From: Podarcis tiliguerta
Taxonomy: Eukaryota
Length of the DNA stretch: 64,000 nucleotides
Strand: one strand, 5' to 3'
Assembly (NCBI GenBank): GCA_965153285.1
Contig: OZ229110.1
Shown here: piece after piece, positions 12,086 to 53,290 of the stretch
Layout of the letters: the number at the start of each line of letters is the position of its first letter
How positions within the stretch are numbered: position 1 is the stretch's first letter
Notes under the pieces: generated by a model
The model's input: the letters and a program-made list of their open reading frames with translations, nothing else
Told to the model about the DNA's origin: nothing
Database searches by the model: none
Program-made: the position numbers and the translations under genes

Positions 12086-13957
12086 TGGCACAACTGGCAC
12101 CTTAAGTGGTTTACCATGCATGATATAAGAATATCTAGTGATCTTGTCAAGTTTCTAGCTAAGTACTTATCAGTCAAGACACTAAATCCAGGGGTCAGTG
12201 TATGATGAGAATAGTGCTATCCTGGACTATAAGAGTCTCTCCTACCCCCTCAAAAATTATTAAGAGCAGAGGTCTATACTGTTGATCAGTCTTCACCCAC
12301 CTAGTGCCCTCCAGATGTTTGGGACTACAGCTCCCATCACCATGGCCCTGCTGGCTCGAAGTTGTGATCAAACGCTGGAGGGTACCCGGTTGGTAAACAT
12401 TCATCTAGATCTTCTGACAAGGGGCTATAGGAGTCAGTAGAAACTCTGCTACACCAGCAGAACATAAGCTACGCATACACCTCAGATAACAACAGCAGAG
12501 CATGCTGCTGGCAGAGCTGTTCCATTATTTATTTTAAGTATTTATATACCACTGTTAATCAGAAAAGACCACAAAGTGTTTTATGTGATATACAGCTGCT
12601 CTTGGGAGGGGTGTATGTGAAATAACCAACACAGCTGGCTAGATTTTAAGACTCTACTTGGATGTAGTTCAAAATTTACTGCCACGCTGCTGGATTGCAT
12701 CTTCTTTTTTCACCTTCCCTGACCTTTCCTCCTTTCCTTATATATGGTAAAAAACCATGGATGTAATATCTTACGGCACTAGAAATTTGCGGCATCCATC
12801 ACTGCACATGTGGCAGGAGGAATCAAGTACACTATATACCATTTTTTAAAATCATGGGATCAAAATTCTTATTGATGTGTTAAACTGTAAGGTTCTGGAA
12901 TAATTTTTTTGGCTACCAGTTTAAATATGGAAATAAACGAGAGTAACAACAAATTACATTTTGAAATTGTGTTCTGTGTAATGATAATCTATGACTTAAG
13001 GCAATCAGTCCTAAGTCTGCTTTCTGACCTCTAGAATTACTAGCAAAGCTATTTGACCTAAATACAATCTTCCAAAGCAGAGTATGCAAGATATTGTTTT
13101 ACAGGAAGCGGTAAGCAATGACAAAGAATTTCCCCAAGGCTTTATTTTATTCCGAAATGAATTTGGGTATAATGCATTACAATTCTGTCTGGGAAAATGC
13201 TTAGCTCCACAGTTACATAGAGTATGCATTTACGTATGGTATCAAATGGTAAAATGATAGGGAGAAATATGATGCTTCTCTGTTATTTTATGTTGCACCC
13301 TAGTACTTTTAAACAATGGAGGCCTCCTGCATTATCATCTTGAATGAGGTATCATCCCATTTTGGGCAGATTGCAGAACAGTTTCCTACCACCCGAAAGT
13401 TCTGTAATATGAATGAACTAATTATAAAATTATAAATATAGATTCTGCCCCCCCCATTTTAAAAATATTTCAATGTTGGTATATTGTAATGTGCTGGAAT
13501 ATAACTTTTAAAAAAGTATGCCAAATTAGCAAAATGTGGTGTAGGCTTCAGGTATGGCAGAGATGCTGCCAGTGAATAAGGTCACATAGAAACCCTGGTC
13601 TCCCAGGCAGCCTGGTACACCTGCTCCAGGCCTTGGAGGTCTAAGATGACTGGGGGACCCCCAAAGACCAGCTCCTTTTCCATTTCAGTTTATAACTGAA
13701 CTCCCTTCCTGGAATCTCAGAAAATCTCTGCACAGGCCTGCTCCCAGGTATAGCACTCTAACCACTACACAACCCAGGGATTTGACTCATGTTCCCTTTC
13801 TACTTTAAAAAGCCCTCTATGCACATTTATGTATAAATGTGTTGTGCATATTGGCATTTTAAAAGTCACATTATTTTTGAAACGTAGCTGTTCTGTTCAG
13901 AAGCCCCCTTTGCTCCCCAAATTTGTATCTCGAAACAGAGGGCTGGTGGACCATGTT

Positions 13958-14225
13958 GTTGTTGTTGTTTAGTTGTGTCCGACTCTTTGTGACCCCATGA
14001 GCACGCCAGGCACTCCTGTCTTCCACTGCCTCCCGCAGTTTGGTCAAACTCATGCTGGTAGCTTCAAGAACACTGTCCAACCATCTCGTCCTCTGTTGTC
14101 CCCTTCTTCTTGTGCCCTCCATCTTTCCCAGCATCAGGGTCTTTTCCAAGGAGTCTTCTCTTCTCATGAGGTGGCCAAGGTATTGGAGCCTCAGCTTCAG
14201 GATCTGTCCTTCCAGTGAGCACTCA
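13958..14225 (-). mobile_element. 5'-truncated RTE/BovB-type LINE 3' end
   Basis: Minus ORF ECSLEGQILKLRLQYLGHLMRREDSLEKTLMLGKMEG..; 14-bp TSD TGGTGGACCATGTT at 13944-13957 and 14226-14239. Confidence 0.9.
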
Positions 14226-14559
14226 TGGTGGACCATGTTAGGACACAGAAATTTCCTTCCACAAAAATTATGGAAGAACATGGGGCGGTTATCTTTTCAG
14301 CCCCTTTCTGTGTGTGTGTCTACTGACATTGGACACTGATGCTGGTTTCTTAATGAGCTTGAGCCCAAGGTTTTTTCTTTGGGTTTTCCCAGCTTACTTT
14401 GGATATACCGCATAAACAACTACATATTGCACTTTTTACTAAAGACCCCACCAAAAACATTTTATTTTTCAGTATATTTCCCAGTTTAGTGGCTTCTGCA
14501 GCCTTAATCCTGAGTGGCTCATAGCAATAAACATTATCTCCCTTTTTGTTACGGGAAAA

Positions 14560-16200
14560 CAAATGGCTTTTACCAGCGCGTGTTTCGGTACTTTAATATT
14601 CCAAAAAAGAGGAAACCCCGGCGTGTAAGAGAACATCGACAGCCATCTGTCAAGCCCCCATGACGCAGCCACCAACCACCAGCTCTCTGCAAGCTACCAT
14701 TAGGGAAATCCTTAAAAGACCCTTTCCGACAAAGGCCGGGCTAAACTACAATTCCCAGAATTCTCTTCAAACCAGTACGAACAAACTCGCTGGATTCGCC
14801 TCATAAGCAAACGTGAGCACAGCGGCGTTTCTAAGAGACGGCCGCCCGCCGGGATGACTGATGGGTCCGCTGTCCAATCTGCTCCACGGGCTCCTCGCGA
14901 ACGACCCAATAGCGTTTCAAGGCGTCGGAAGGGTGGGCGGGCACCCTTGAGGGAATAGCTGGCTCACTGGCCCTTGGATGGAGGGCAAGGGAAAAGGAGG
15001 GGGCTTGTTGCGAAGGTAGAGCGAGCGAGGAGCGAGGGGGACGGGCCAGTCGCGTCCTGCGGGGACTGCAGCTGAGGCGGCGGAGAGTTGGCGACGAAGC
15101 GGTTAACCCTGCAGCGACAGAGACAACGGCCGTTCGGCGACTGCCGCTGAGCCGCTGACTGGATTGCCTGTCGCCTCCGTTAGCTGCCCCGCCCGCCGGT
15201 CTTGCGCCTCGCGGCTCTCTCCCTGCGCCTAGTCCGGCCCGCAGTCACCATAGAGACAGCGGAGGCGACGACGGCGCCGCTTGCTCGCAAGCCATGGGCA
15301 GGAGCCTGCTGCTGGGCTGCGCCGGGCTGAACCGGAGGGCGCCGTGGGACAACCGGTAATATCGCCTCTCCCCCCGCCCCCCCGCTACCACCTCAGCCGC
15401 GTTTCCTTCTCTCCTCGGAGGCCCTCGAGAGGAAGAGTGAACCCCGCGCCGGCCTCGCTCTGAGGGGGAAGGAGCGCCGGCCGCCGCGTTCCAGGTAGGC
15501 GCTTCCCCTCAGGGACTGGCGAGCGGGGCATGGGGTGGGGGAGCGCGGTCGTCACCCGGCCTTGGGCCTCCCCCAGCCAGCGAAAGGCCGCTTCGGCGGG
15601 GTGTGCGCAAGTGCCGCCGGCCCGCCTGGTCGGGGGTGGGGGCGGCGGGAGGGATGCTGCTTCGGAGGCGCCGGGGGGGGGGTTGGCGGGGCCTCGCGGG
15701 ATGCGCCTCTGGTAGAGCTTAATAGCGGAGGGAGCAGCGGCGGGTTTTTGGGATCGGAGGAGGAGGCTACACGGAGGGTAACCTTCAGAGCATCAGTAAA
15801 TCACCCGTAATTTCGTCCCGCCGGTTATCTATCCCGGTTTTCTGTGCAGGGGCAGGAGGGGGGCGGGGATGCTGCATTATTAGGGGGGGCGGAATCATCT
15901 CCCAGCCTCGGATGGGAGAAGATCTGGCAGCGCTTGGCCACTTCTGGTGTGTCTTCTCCTAAGGCCCCCTCTGTTCGCTTTGCAGGGTTGGGGAGCGGGG
16001 GAGCTGCTCGTTGTGGGTGTTTGGTAACTGGGCAGCAGCGGTGAGGCGCATCGCAGAAGTTTCCTGCCTGGTACCGATGAAATGGCAAGTGATGCTCTCG
16101 CGGTTTGAGAGCGGTTCTGCTGCAAAAATATAGGCTCTGCGGGGTGGTGGGAAAAGAGCTCTTTCGCTTATTTCGGCAAAGGTCTGGCTTTCCCTGCCTT
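14560..16200 (+). promoter_or_regulatory. TTBK2: CpG-island promoter of TTBK2
   Basis: The only CpG-dense, GC-rich block in the window; CCAAT boxes at 14874 and 14906, GC box gggtgggcggg at ~14931, X-box-like sites at 14827 and 15244; about 9 kb upstream of the first coding exon. Confidence 0.85.
15020..15355 (+). other. TTBK2: Probable TTBK2 exon 1 (5' leader); start approximate
   Basis: GC-rich leader ending at donor ACCG|GTAATA (15356); an alternative donor CAG|GTAGGC lies at 15495. Confidence 0.55.
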
Positions 16201-17819
16201 TCTTTCATTGCTCCCCGAGGGGAAAACTAGGCTGCTTGACTTGTAAATCTGCTAATGTTGATGCTTCTGTGTTTCCTTTAGTCATACAAATATGCTCTGG
16301 CATACAGGCAGATGGAGGCTGAGGCTAAACATTGCCGCTGCTATCAGCAGTTGCATGAAGATATGAATACAGATACATAGACTTTCTTTTAAAAGAGAGA
16401 GGTATGGTCCTCTGCCAGAGATCTTTAAAGAGACCAACTGCCAGCAATGGGTGTAGAGAAAATCTGCTAGAGAGGGTTGGCAATGTTGTGTCTTTCTGCC
16501 CTGAAACAGCAAGAGGGATGGTTAAATGATACTTAACCTTAAGTATAGCACCAAGTATTGGTGGGTTTCAGAATGTTGCTAAAATATAGATGCTTTGAGA
16601 TTAGCATTTTCTGTTAGTAACAGTAAGATATATCACAGATATATCCTACCATACAAGTTATTTAAGACTAATATGTGTAGATTACTTCAGATTTTAAAAA
16701 ATAATCAAGCAGTTTATAAATTTCTTGAAATAAATAAACTTGCTCTGATGTTGGTTAGTCAGGAAATAGTTATTTTAGGCTATAGCAGGTAATGTTTTAA
16801 ATTTGCTTCTATGATTGGGACATACCAAATGGTTTTTAAGCCAGCAATTGTTATTCTTATAAAGATTATATACATTTCACATTTTTTGCTTAGTGTGGTC
16901 TTGACCTTTTGTGTTTATTGTTGTCGTTTGTTCAGAAATAAGCCCCACTGAGATAAACTGGATATACTCCCAGGTAACTGTGCATAGGGTTGCAGCCCAA
17001 GGTGTGTAAAATGAGATAAAGTAATTTTTTTCTGATGTATTTAAACCAGTCATTGAAAATGCATTTGCAGAGAAGTATCAAATGAACCACAACAATGAAG
17101 GTGAATATTTTAAAGGACCTGTAACTTTCAAAAACCTTTGCAGTATATTTTATATATTGTGTCATCTAGAATACTTTTTTTTGCCCGACCACAATGTTGA
17201 AAACTTTCATGGTGAAAGCAGTGAAGTAAAGAATATGACAGAATAGCACTTACCTAGAGAAAGAGAGTCTGATATTAGTGCAAAATATCCTGCACTATAT
17301 CAAATGTTCTTGGCACTGATAATCAATATTTAAATTATAAGTGAGATGTGCCAAGGCTTGAGTTTACATAAATTTCTGTGAGTAGCTGTTTCAAAATATT
17401 TTCAGTGGGATTCTTTCTTTAAATGTTTGGAACTGATCCCTGGTCTCTGATCAAGTCTTGTGAATAGTAATCTTGCCTTCCTTTGGTTGTGTGCTCATAT
17501 GGGAAGTAGAAGAAACTTATGCAGTTTTGTCCCAAGACAAAAGAGAAAAAATATCATAATAATGAAAGACAGTATTTGGCATCACTTGTTCTCTTGGGGT
17601 TCAAAAAAGCAAGGGAGCTTTGAAGTCCTTTAGACTGAAGAAACCATGTGGAAAACAAGGGATGGGATGCTTTACTTGTCTGGGCTTTAAGGTTTTGTGG
17701 GGGGCAGGTACTGGAAGGGATTCTTGCAGAATCTGAATGGGTGGGATGTACTGTGTGTGTCTTCTAACACGTCCATTCAAGAAAAAATGATGCACAAAAT
17801 GGGGTTGGTGTGAAGGTTA

Positions 17820-18163
17820 AAGGTAAAGGGACCCTTGACCATTAGGTCCGGTCGCGGACGACTCTGGGGTTGCGGCACTCATCTCGCTTTATTGGCCAAG
17901 GGAGCCGGCGTACAACGTCCGGGTCATGTGGCCAGCATGACTAAGCCGCTTCTGGTGAACCAGAGCAGTGCACGGAAACGCCGTTTACCTTCCCCCCCAG
18001 AGTGGTACCTATTTATCTACTTGCACTGGCATGCTTTCAAACTGCTAGGTTGGTAGGAGCTGGGACCGAACAACGGGAGCTCACCCCATCGCGGGGATTC
18101 GAACCGTCGACCTTCTGATCGGCAAGCCCTAGGCTCTGTGGTTTAACCCACCGCGCCACCCGC
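17820..18163 (-). mobile_element. Sauria SINE
   Basis: Reverse complement of the 8986 family; 11-bp TSD TGTGAAGGTTA at 17809-17819 and 18164-18174. Confidence 0.9.
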
Positions 18164-19919
18164 TGTGAAGGTTAGGATGCAGCTTATACCTCCTTGACAC
18201 TGTCTTCTTAGGGAAAACATCTCCATACTTTTAAGAACTGAGTTTGGAGTAAACAAGTTGCACAATGCATCCTAATTTAGTAAGAAAAGCGTAAAACACT
18301 TCCTAGGCTGGTAAAATACAAAGAATATATTTTTGGAACTTAATAGACTTTTTTATCGGATAAAAGCTTGGTTAAATACAAACAGATTATAACTTGTTCA
18401 GAATGACTACCGTGTTCCAGTTCACCAGTTTGTCTGTGACTGTATCTCTCAGCTGACGAAAATTTTAATCTGACTGATGTGATCTGTTCTAAGTGTAAGG
18501 TTCACATGACCTTACTAAAAACACAGCCCTAGAGTTTTATTTTAGGAGTGGTGGCGGTGGCAGCAGAATACAATTATTACAAGTTGCAAAACAGAAAGCT
18601 GGTGTGTTATAATGGCTTGACATAAACTATGCAGTACATTGATTTATTCCTTGTTTTTCTGTTGGATAAGCTGTGTCTAGCATCTCTTAAAGAGACAGAA
18701 CATTGGGTTTTTTAAATAGCTTTGGAAGAATTTCAGTGTTCATATATTGCTGGTTTTTAATTAGAATTAATGATTACTTGGGCCATAAAAACATGTTGCC
18801 CCCCCCCACCCCTGCCAGTAACATTTGAAAAATGTTACATTGCTTTAAGTTTATTGGAAACATATATTGTAAAATGATCTGCTAGTGCTAGTGTGTTGGG
18901 TTTCTTTTTTGGATAGTACACTGGATGGAATATGTCAATACTTTTCAGTAAAAAGATTCCTTCTGCCCCAATTCTGGTTTGAATCCTGAGATCTTATGAA
19001 CAGAACTTAATTCATAAGACACTTGCTGGTAGAACTGGAGGAGGCCTTTCTTGCTGTGGAGGACAAGTGTGGGACTGTGGGGAAAAGGTTGAGTTGACTT
19101 CCTCCTTCTGCAAGTGGAAATCTCAGCTGGAGCAAAGCCCTTTCCATAAGCAGAAGGAGCCCTTTCTTCTATTCATGGAAGGGCAACTGTAGACCCAAGC
19201 ATATTTTCCTAAATTTAAGATTAATTGTACTTCTTATAGCCTTAATGATTCACCTTTGCATCTTGGTATGTAGCATTAGTTTCTTGTGGTGTGGAAGGAG
19301 TTGCATTGTGGTGAGGATTGTAGTGGCCTGATGTGGCTCTGATTTCATTGCCTGATTGGGCAATGAAATGTCATTCAACGTGGATGTGCTTGCTGGCAAA
19401 AGTGAGTGGGGTCTAGGCATGTCCACACTTATTCTGTATGAATTGTGATGTAATATGGAAGGCATTACAGCTCACTGAGGAGAACCTATTTTGTTTACAA
19501 AACTAGAAATCTCTCTTCTTTCTCAAGAGTGGTGTGGGTTTTTAAAATAATATATTCATGGAAAATTCAGTGTGGAGATAGCAGTAGTACTGATGCTGCA
19601 ATACTGTAATTAAAAGAACTGTTAACTGGTTCCTCATGTCCAAGGAAGCTTTTGGCTTGGATTTTCAAAAGCCATTTGTGATAAAGTGTAGGAATGTTGT
19701 GTTCAAAGGGAGCGACATCAGAACTTTCATTGGGAATGAGCTAGCTCTTGGATACATCTTTGGATGATGGCTACATTCTTTAGTATTAATTACTTGAAAA
19801 ATAGTGTCTGTATTAGCTGGCATATAACAAAAACAATAGGCTGGATGAAAATCAGTAAACTAAAATGGAATTGCTATAATAAAGAGGTGTTGTGGGATGT
19901 AGTTCTTATATCCAGGAAC

Positions 19920-20640
19920 TGGCTGCACACCTTGCTTTAGAGGGGCTTGCCTTCTCCTTGAGGGGTCAGGTATGTAGACTGGTGATACTTCAAGATCCAG
20001 CTTCATAACTGAGCCCATATGGCCTCAGTGGCACCAAGTGCCGTGTCCTTTTCCAGCTTCAATTAGTTTATTGGCTATGGCCATTCCTTCACAAGAGATG
20101 GCTTTGCCATAGTGATGCATGCCCTGGTAAGCTCCTGTTTTGGTTACTATAATGTGTTTTGTGTTGGGGTGCCCAAGAAGTTGAGATGGAAGCAGCAGTT
20201 CATGCAGGACATACTGTAAGATTGTTGACTAGTTCATCCAAATGAAATCTCATCATACTGATTCTGAGGGAGTTACACTGCCTGCCTATATGCTTCTGGG
20301 CTGTATTCAAATTGCTGGTGCTGTTTACCATAAAGTGATAAACAGCTTGGGGTCCAAAGATCTCCATAGCTTATCTCCATACCATCCTGTCCATGCCCTA
20401 AGATATTCCAAGGAGCTCTTCTCTGTGTACAAATGGTTGGGGGATATGTAGTGACTTTTTCCTGGGCACATCCAGAATTTTAGTATATTATTTTTTGGTG
20501 ATAGGATTGCCTGCTCTATTGTTTTAGCTGCTCAAACTGTTCGCATTGGTTTTATGGTTGCCTTTTATTCTATGTGATTTTATAAATTTAAATTTTGTAC
20601 CCTGTTCTGGGATCTATCAAGTTGAAGGACAGGCTATAAA
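19920..20640 (+). mobile_element. Old L2-type LINE 3' fragment
   Basis: Degenerate match to the L2 ORF2 C-terminus and 3'UTR (..ggcctcagtggcac..ttccagctt..catgccctggtaagctcc..gttacactg..attcaaattgctggtg). Confidence 0.55.
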
Positions 20641-22009
20641 TATTCTTAAACAAAATAACACAATGCTCAATAGGGGATTTTGCTGTTTTGTAAAGGTGAC
20701 TGCAGTGTTTCCTTTCCTAATAGGTTAAAAGGGATTGATCCTTTTCTTAATAGCTTCCCAGATTATTGTTTTTGGGCTTCTTGTTCTTCTATCTCTACAT
20801 TTGTAAGACTGTTTATTTTTATTCACCACCTGTCATTAAATATTGAGAATGCTAAAACAATGGTCACAACATTTCTGGTAGTTGATTAGATGGTTAGTTT
20901 AAATAGTTGTCCATAAATGCAGTAGGTGCTACAGATATGTGAAATCATGGTTATAAATAGTATCTGTAGTTCTTTCACACTCCTCTATATGGAGGTCAAG
21001 CAAAGTCAGTTAAATCTGAGAGGAAAAAATTATTGTGATTCTTGCATTGGTAGTCTGCCTGTGGTTTCAATAAATATAAACCATGGATTTCTTTTCTTTC
21101 TTGTTTATGAGTGAGCAAGAATCATTAAGAATTGTCTGCTCCAAAGTAGTATGTATGGAAATATTATGTTGAACTTGTATTAGTTATTGTACAACAAATC
21201 TCCAAAGTTCAGCAATATGTTATGGGAGAAACAAACCTATGGTGCCTTAATACTGGTGGAATGTTAGCTTAGTGAAGTCAGGATTCTACATGTGCTTAGG
21301 AGAAAAGGCAAAATGATATTGCTTTAAACTACAGAAAATGTAGTAACACTCTGTGTACATATGCACACAGCATCTGTGGCAACATTGCTGACACATACTA
21401 ATTGTAGCTTGGTGCATCATCACCGTTTCATCAATCATGCATAGAAGCAACCAATCAGTGCATGGTGATGGTAGAATGTCCCCAATCAATGCATAGTGAT
21501 GGCAGAATGTCTCCAAGGCATCATTCCACTACTTAGGTGGTCACAAATCCACCAAACTGCATTCAGCAGTGTAAATCATCATGACACATCCCAGCATGAC
21601 CCTGGCAACAGTCACTTTTCAGGCATATTTGCCGACAGGGTTTGAAATCCTCCTATATCTCTTCCATGCAATAAAGCACATTTTTTTTGGACAGGAACAC
21701 AAACAATAGCTTCAACAAGCCACAGTTCCTCATATTCATATGAAATGGGAACTGACAGTTTGTTGCGAACAGCAAGTAGAAGCTTTGGTCTCCTCCCTTT
21801 GTGCATGGAGGAGGAGTCCATAAGCCCGATACAAGTGCCCATTCACATTCATAACAATATATATTTTTTTATTAACAAAATTTAAATACCACTTGATTTT
21901 AGTAAAGCCTCTAAGTTGTTCACAAGAAATAGTAAAACTATCAATAAAAACAGTTAAAACATTTAAAAATAATTAAAATTAACATTAAAAAAAATGCATT
22001 TCAACATCA

Positions 22010-22150
22010 ACTCAGTTGGTTAGAGTGTGGTGCTGATAATGCCAAGGTTGCATGTTTGATCCCCATAAGGGACAGCTGCATATTCCTGCATCGCAGGGGG
22101 TTGGACTTGATGATTCTCAGGGTCCCTTCCAACTCTACGATTCTATGCTT
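22010..22150 (+). mobile_element. tRNA(Ile)-head SINE with CR1-like tail
   Basis: ctcagttggttagagtgtggtgctgataatgccaaggttgca.gtttgatcccc (tRNA-Ile-like) followed by gcagggggttggacttgatga..cccttccaactctacgattctatg. Confidence 0.75.
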
Positions 22151-22455
22151 CTATATGTCTGCATAGGCCTACCTAAACAAAAACGTTTTAAGCAGGCTCC
22201 AAAAAGAGTATAGTGAAGGCATTTGTCTGATGTCAGTAGGCAGGTAGTATAGGTAATGCCATGCTAAAAGATAAATTTCTTAGAGCTGCAGAATGAGTAT
22301 TGTGCAGCACACATAAAAGTGCCAATTCTTCAGATTGAAGCATGGGAACCACTCACCCACAGTGCCTCCATTTTGCCAGCGTTGTGGCACCACTGTGTCC
22401 AGGTACCAGTCCAGGAGCTGTGTGGCCTCTCCTGATTCAGATGTTATGGAGATAT

Positions 22456-22870
22456 AGTAGTAGTAATAATAATAATAATAATAATAATTCATTTCTTATA
22501 CCCCACACATCTGACTGGGTTACCGCAGCCACTCTGGGCAGCTTCCAACAAAATGTAAAAGAACAAAATGTCACACATTAAAAGCTTCCCAAAACAAGGC
22601 TGTCTACGAAAAGTCATATAATTGTTTAGTTCTTTGATATCTGACAGGAAGGCGTTCCACAGGGTGGATGCAATAACTGAGAAGGCCCTCTGCCTGTTTC
22701 CCTGTAACTTCACTTCTCTCAATGAGGGAACTGCCAGAAGGCCCTTGGAGCTGGGGACCTCAGTGTCCAAGCTGAACAATGGGGGTGGAGATGCTCCTTC
22801 AGGTATACAGAGCTGAAGCTGTTTAGGACTTGACCTTTAAACACCAAGACTTTGAATTGTGCTTGGATAT
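22456..22870 (-). mobile_element. L2-type LINE 3' end with (TAG/AAT)n tail
   Basis: Minus ORFs ..RAFSVIASTLWNAFLSDIK and QAQFKVLVF..YLKEHLHP match L2 ORF2 C-terminal motifs. Confidence 0.75.
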
Positions 22871-24350
22871 GAAAATTATGCAGTCTATTGTTATAACTTC
22901 TTCTAAACATCCTTCACCCAATGAAACATCCTTCAGCTTGGTTGCAGTTTGTGGAGCTGCAGGCAGTTTTCAAAACAGTTGAGTCAACAGTTGGAGCTCA
23001 AGTGTTGAAAAAATTGTGATGGATATGAGAAACCATTATAGGGGTTGTTCTGTGGCTCATCATCTTTGGCCTCTTTTGGTATAATATAGGTGCAAAGCTT
23101 GTTTCACTTGCCTTGCCATCACCAATAGCTAGGCGCATTTTGCCTCAGTCTTTAAAGTGTGCCTTACAGTAGTTCAGCCTGGATACTGCTAGTGCATGGG
23201 CAACTGAGACAGGCTCCATGCTCTCCAGATAGTCTCAGTTGGTATATCAGCTTAAGCTGGTAAAAAACACTTCTGGCCGTTGTTGCTACTTGAGTTTTCC
23301 CAATTTTTCCAGCTGCATATTGCATCCTTCTATGGGAGTGCACTCCTGTGCAAACTTACCCACTCACAATATCTCTGTCAATAGCAATTGGCCTAGTGAG
23401 CTACTAAAGCTGTGGAAGATCTCTTTGTTTATATATAAGCACCTGACCCTACTGGTGAATTGCCTCCAAGATTAAGTTGCTGCACATGAGCTGTAGATTT
23501 GCTATCAATGGGTATCTGACACCTACAATAATTTTTGCGTCAATAATAGTGTGAGTATTTTTCTCCATTGAATTGTATAGTGGTTTCTCCTGTAGCTGTC
23601 AACGATCCATTATTGATAGAAGGTATATTTTGTCCTATTATATAAGTTGTAATACAGCTTTCTTAAAGGAGAAAATAATCTATTTCAATGGACTTCATAG
23701 TGAGTGTGGTCTGGCGGGGGATAAGAAACTCTTACCAATCTCTGATGAAATAATTTGGTGTTGAAGGTCAGAGAGGAGTTAGAATAAAGGAAAGCTGATA
23801 TGGTAAGGGTTTATGTAGAGAACACAACCTTGGCCATGACCTCATTTTTTTAGCCTTATACAAGTCAATGGTTCTCAGCTTAACCCTCCTGCATATAGTA
23901 TGGGGTGTTAAAAGGATCATGGATTATCCACAGGGGTGTTACAAGAATTAGTTTGATGTGTATGAAAGAATTGAGAAGAATTAATGTTATATTCTAATGT
24001 TGCTCATTTGAGGCAGGGATAACACCCTTCAACTGGCATAAAGCTTTACAACTTTTTAAAAGGTATCTGTTGCAGATACTTTTATTTCTAAAGGAACGTA
24101 CTTACACACACAGCAGAAAGCTGACTTCACTACGTAAAAGATTTTAAAATATTTTTGTTTCGTTTGAAATTTTATTTCAGTTCTGAATTGTAAAATTGAA
24201 AAATAACTTTCTTACAATAGAGTTAGGAAGGTATTCATTTTGCCATTTTTTAATTATCAAGTTCTCATGAACTTGATAAGTATTGCTGTTTATCTTTATA
24301 GCCTCTGCTTAAATGGAAGCCACCTTTGGGAGCTGGATGGTCTCTATTGA

Positions 24351-53290
<28,940 letters not shown>

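Noticed and set aside
15281-16208. Cluster of overlapping GC-rich ORFs on both strands
   Set aside because: Expected stop-codon depletion in a CpG island; no recognisable protein.
22010-22075. tRNA-Ile gene
   Set aside because: Degenerate arms and fusion to a CR1-like tail show it is a SINE head, not a functional tRNA.
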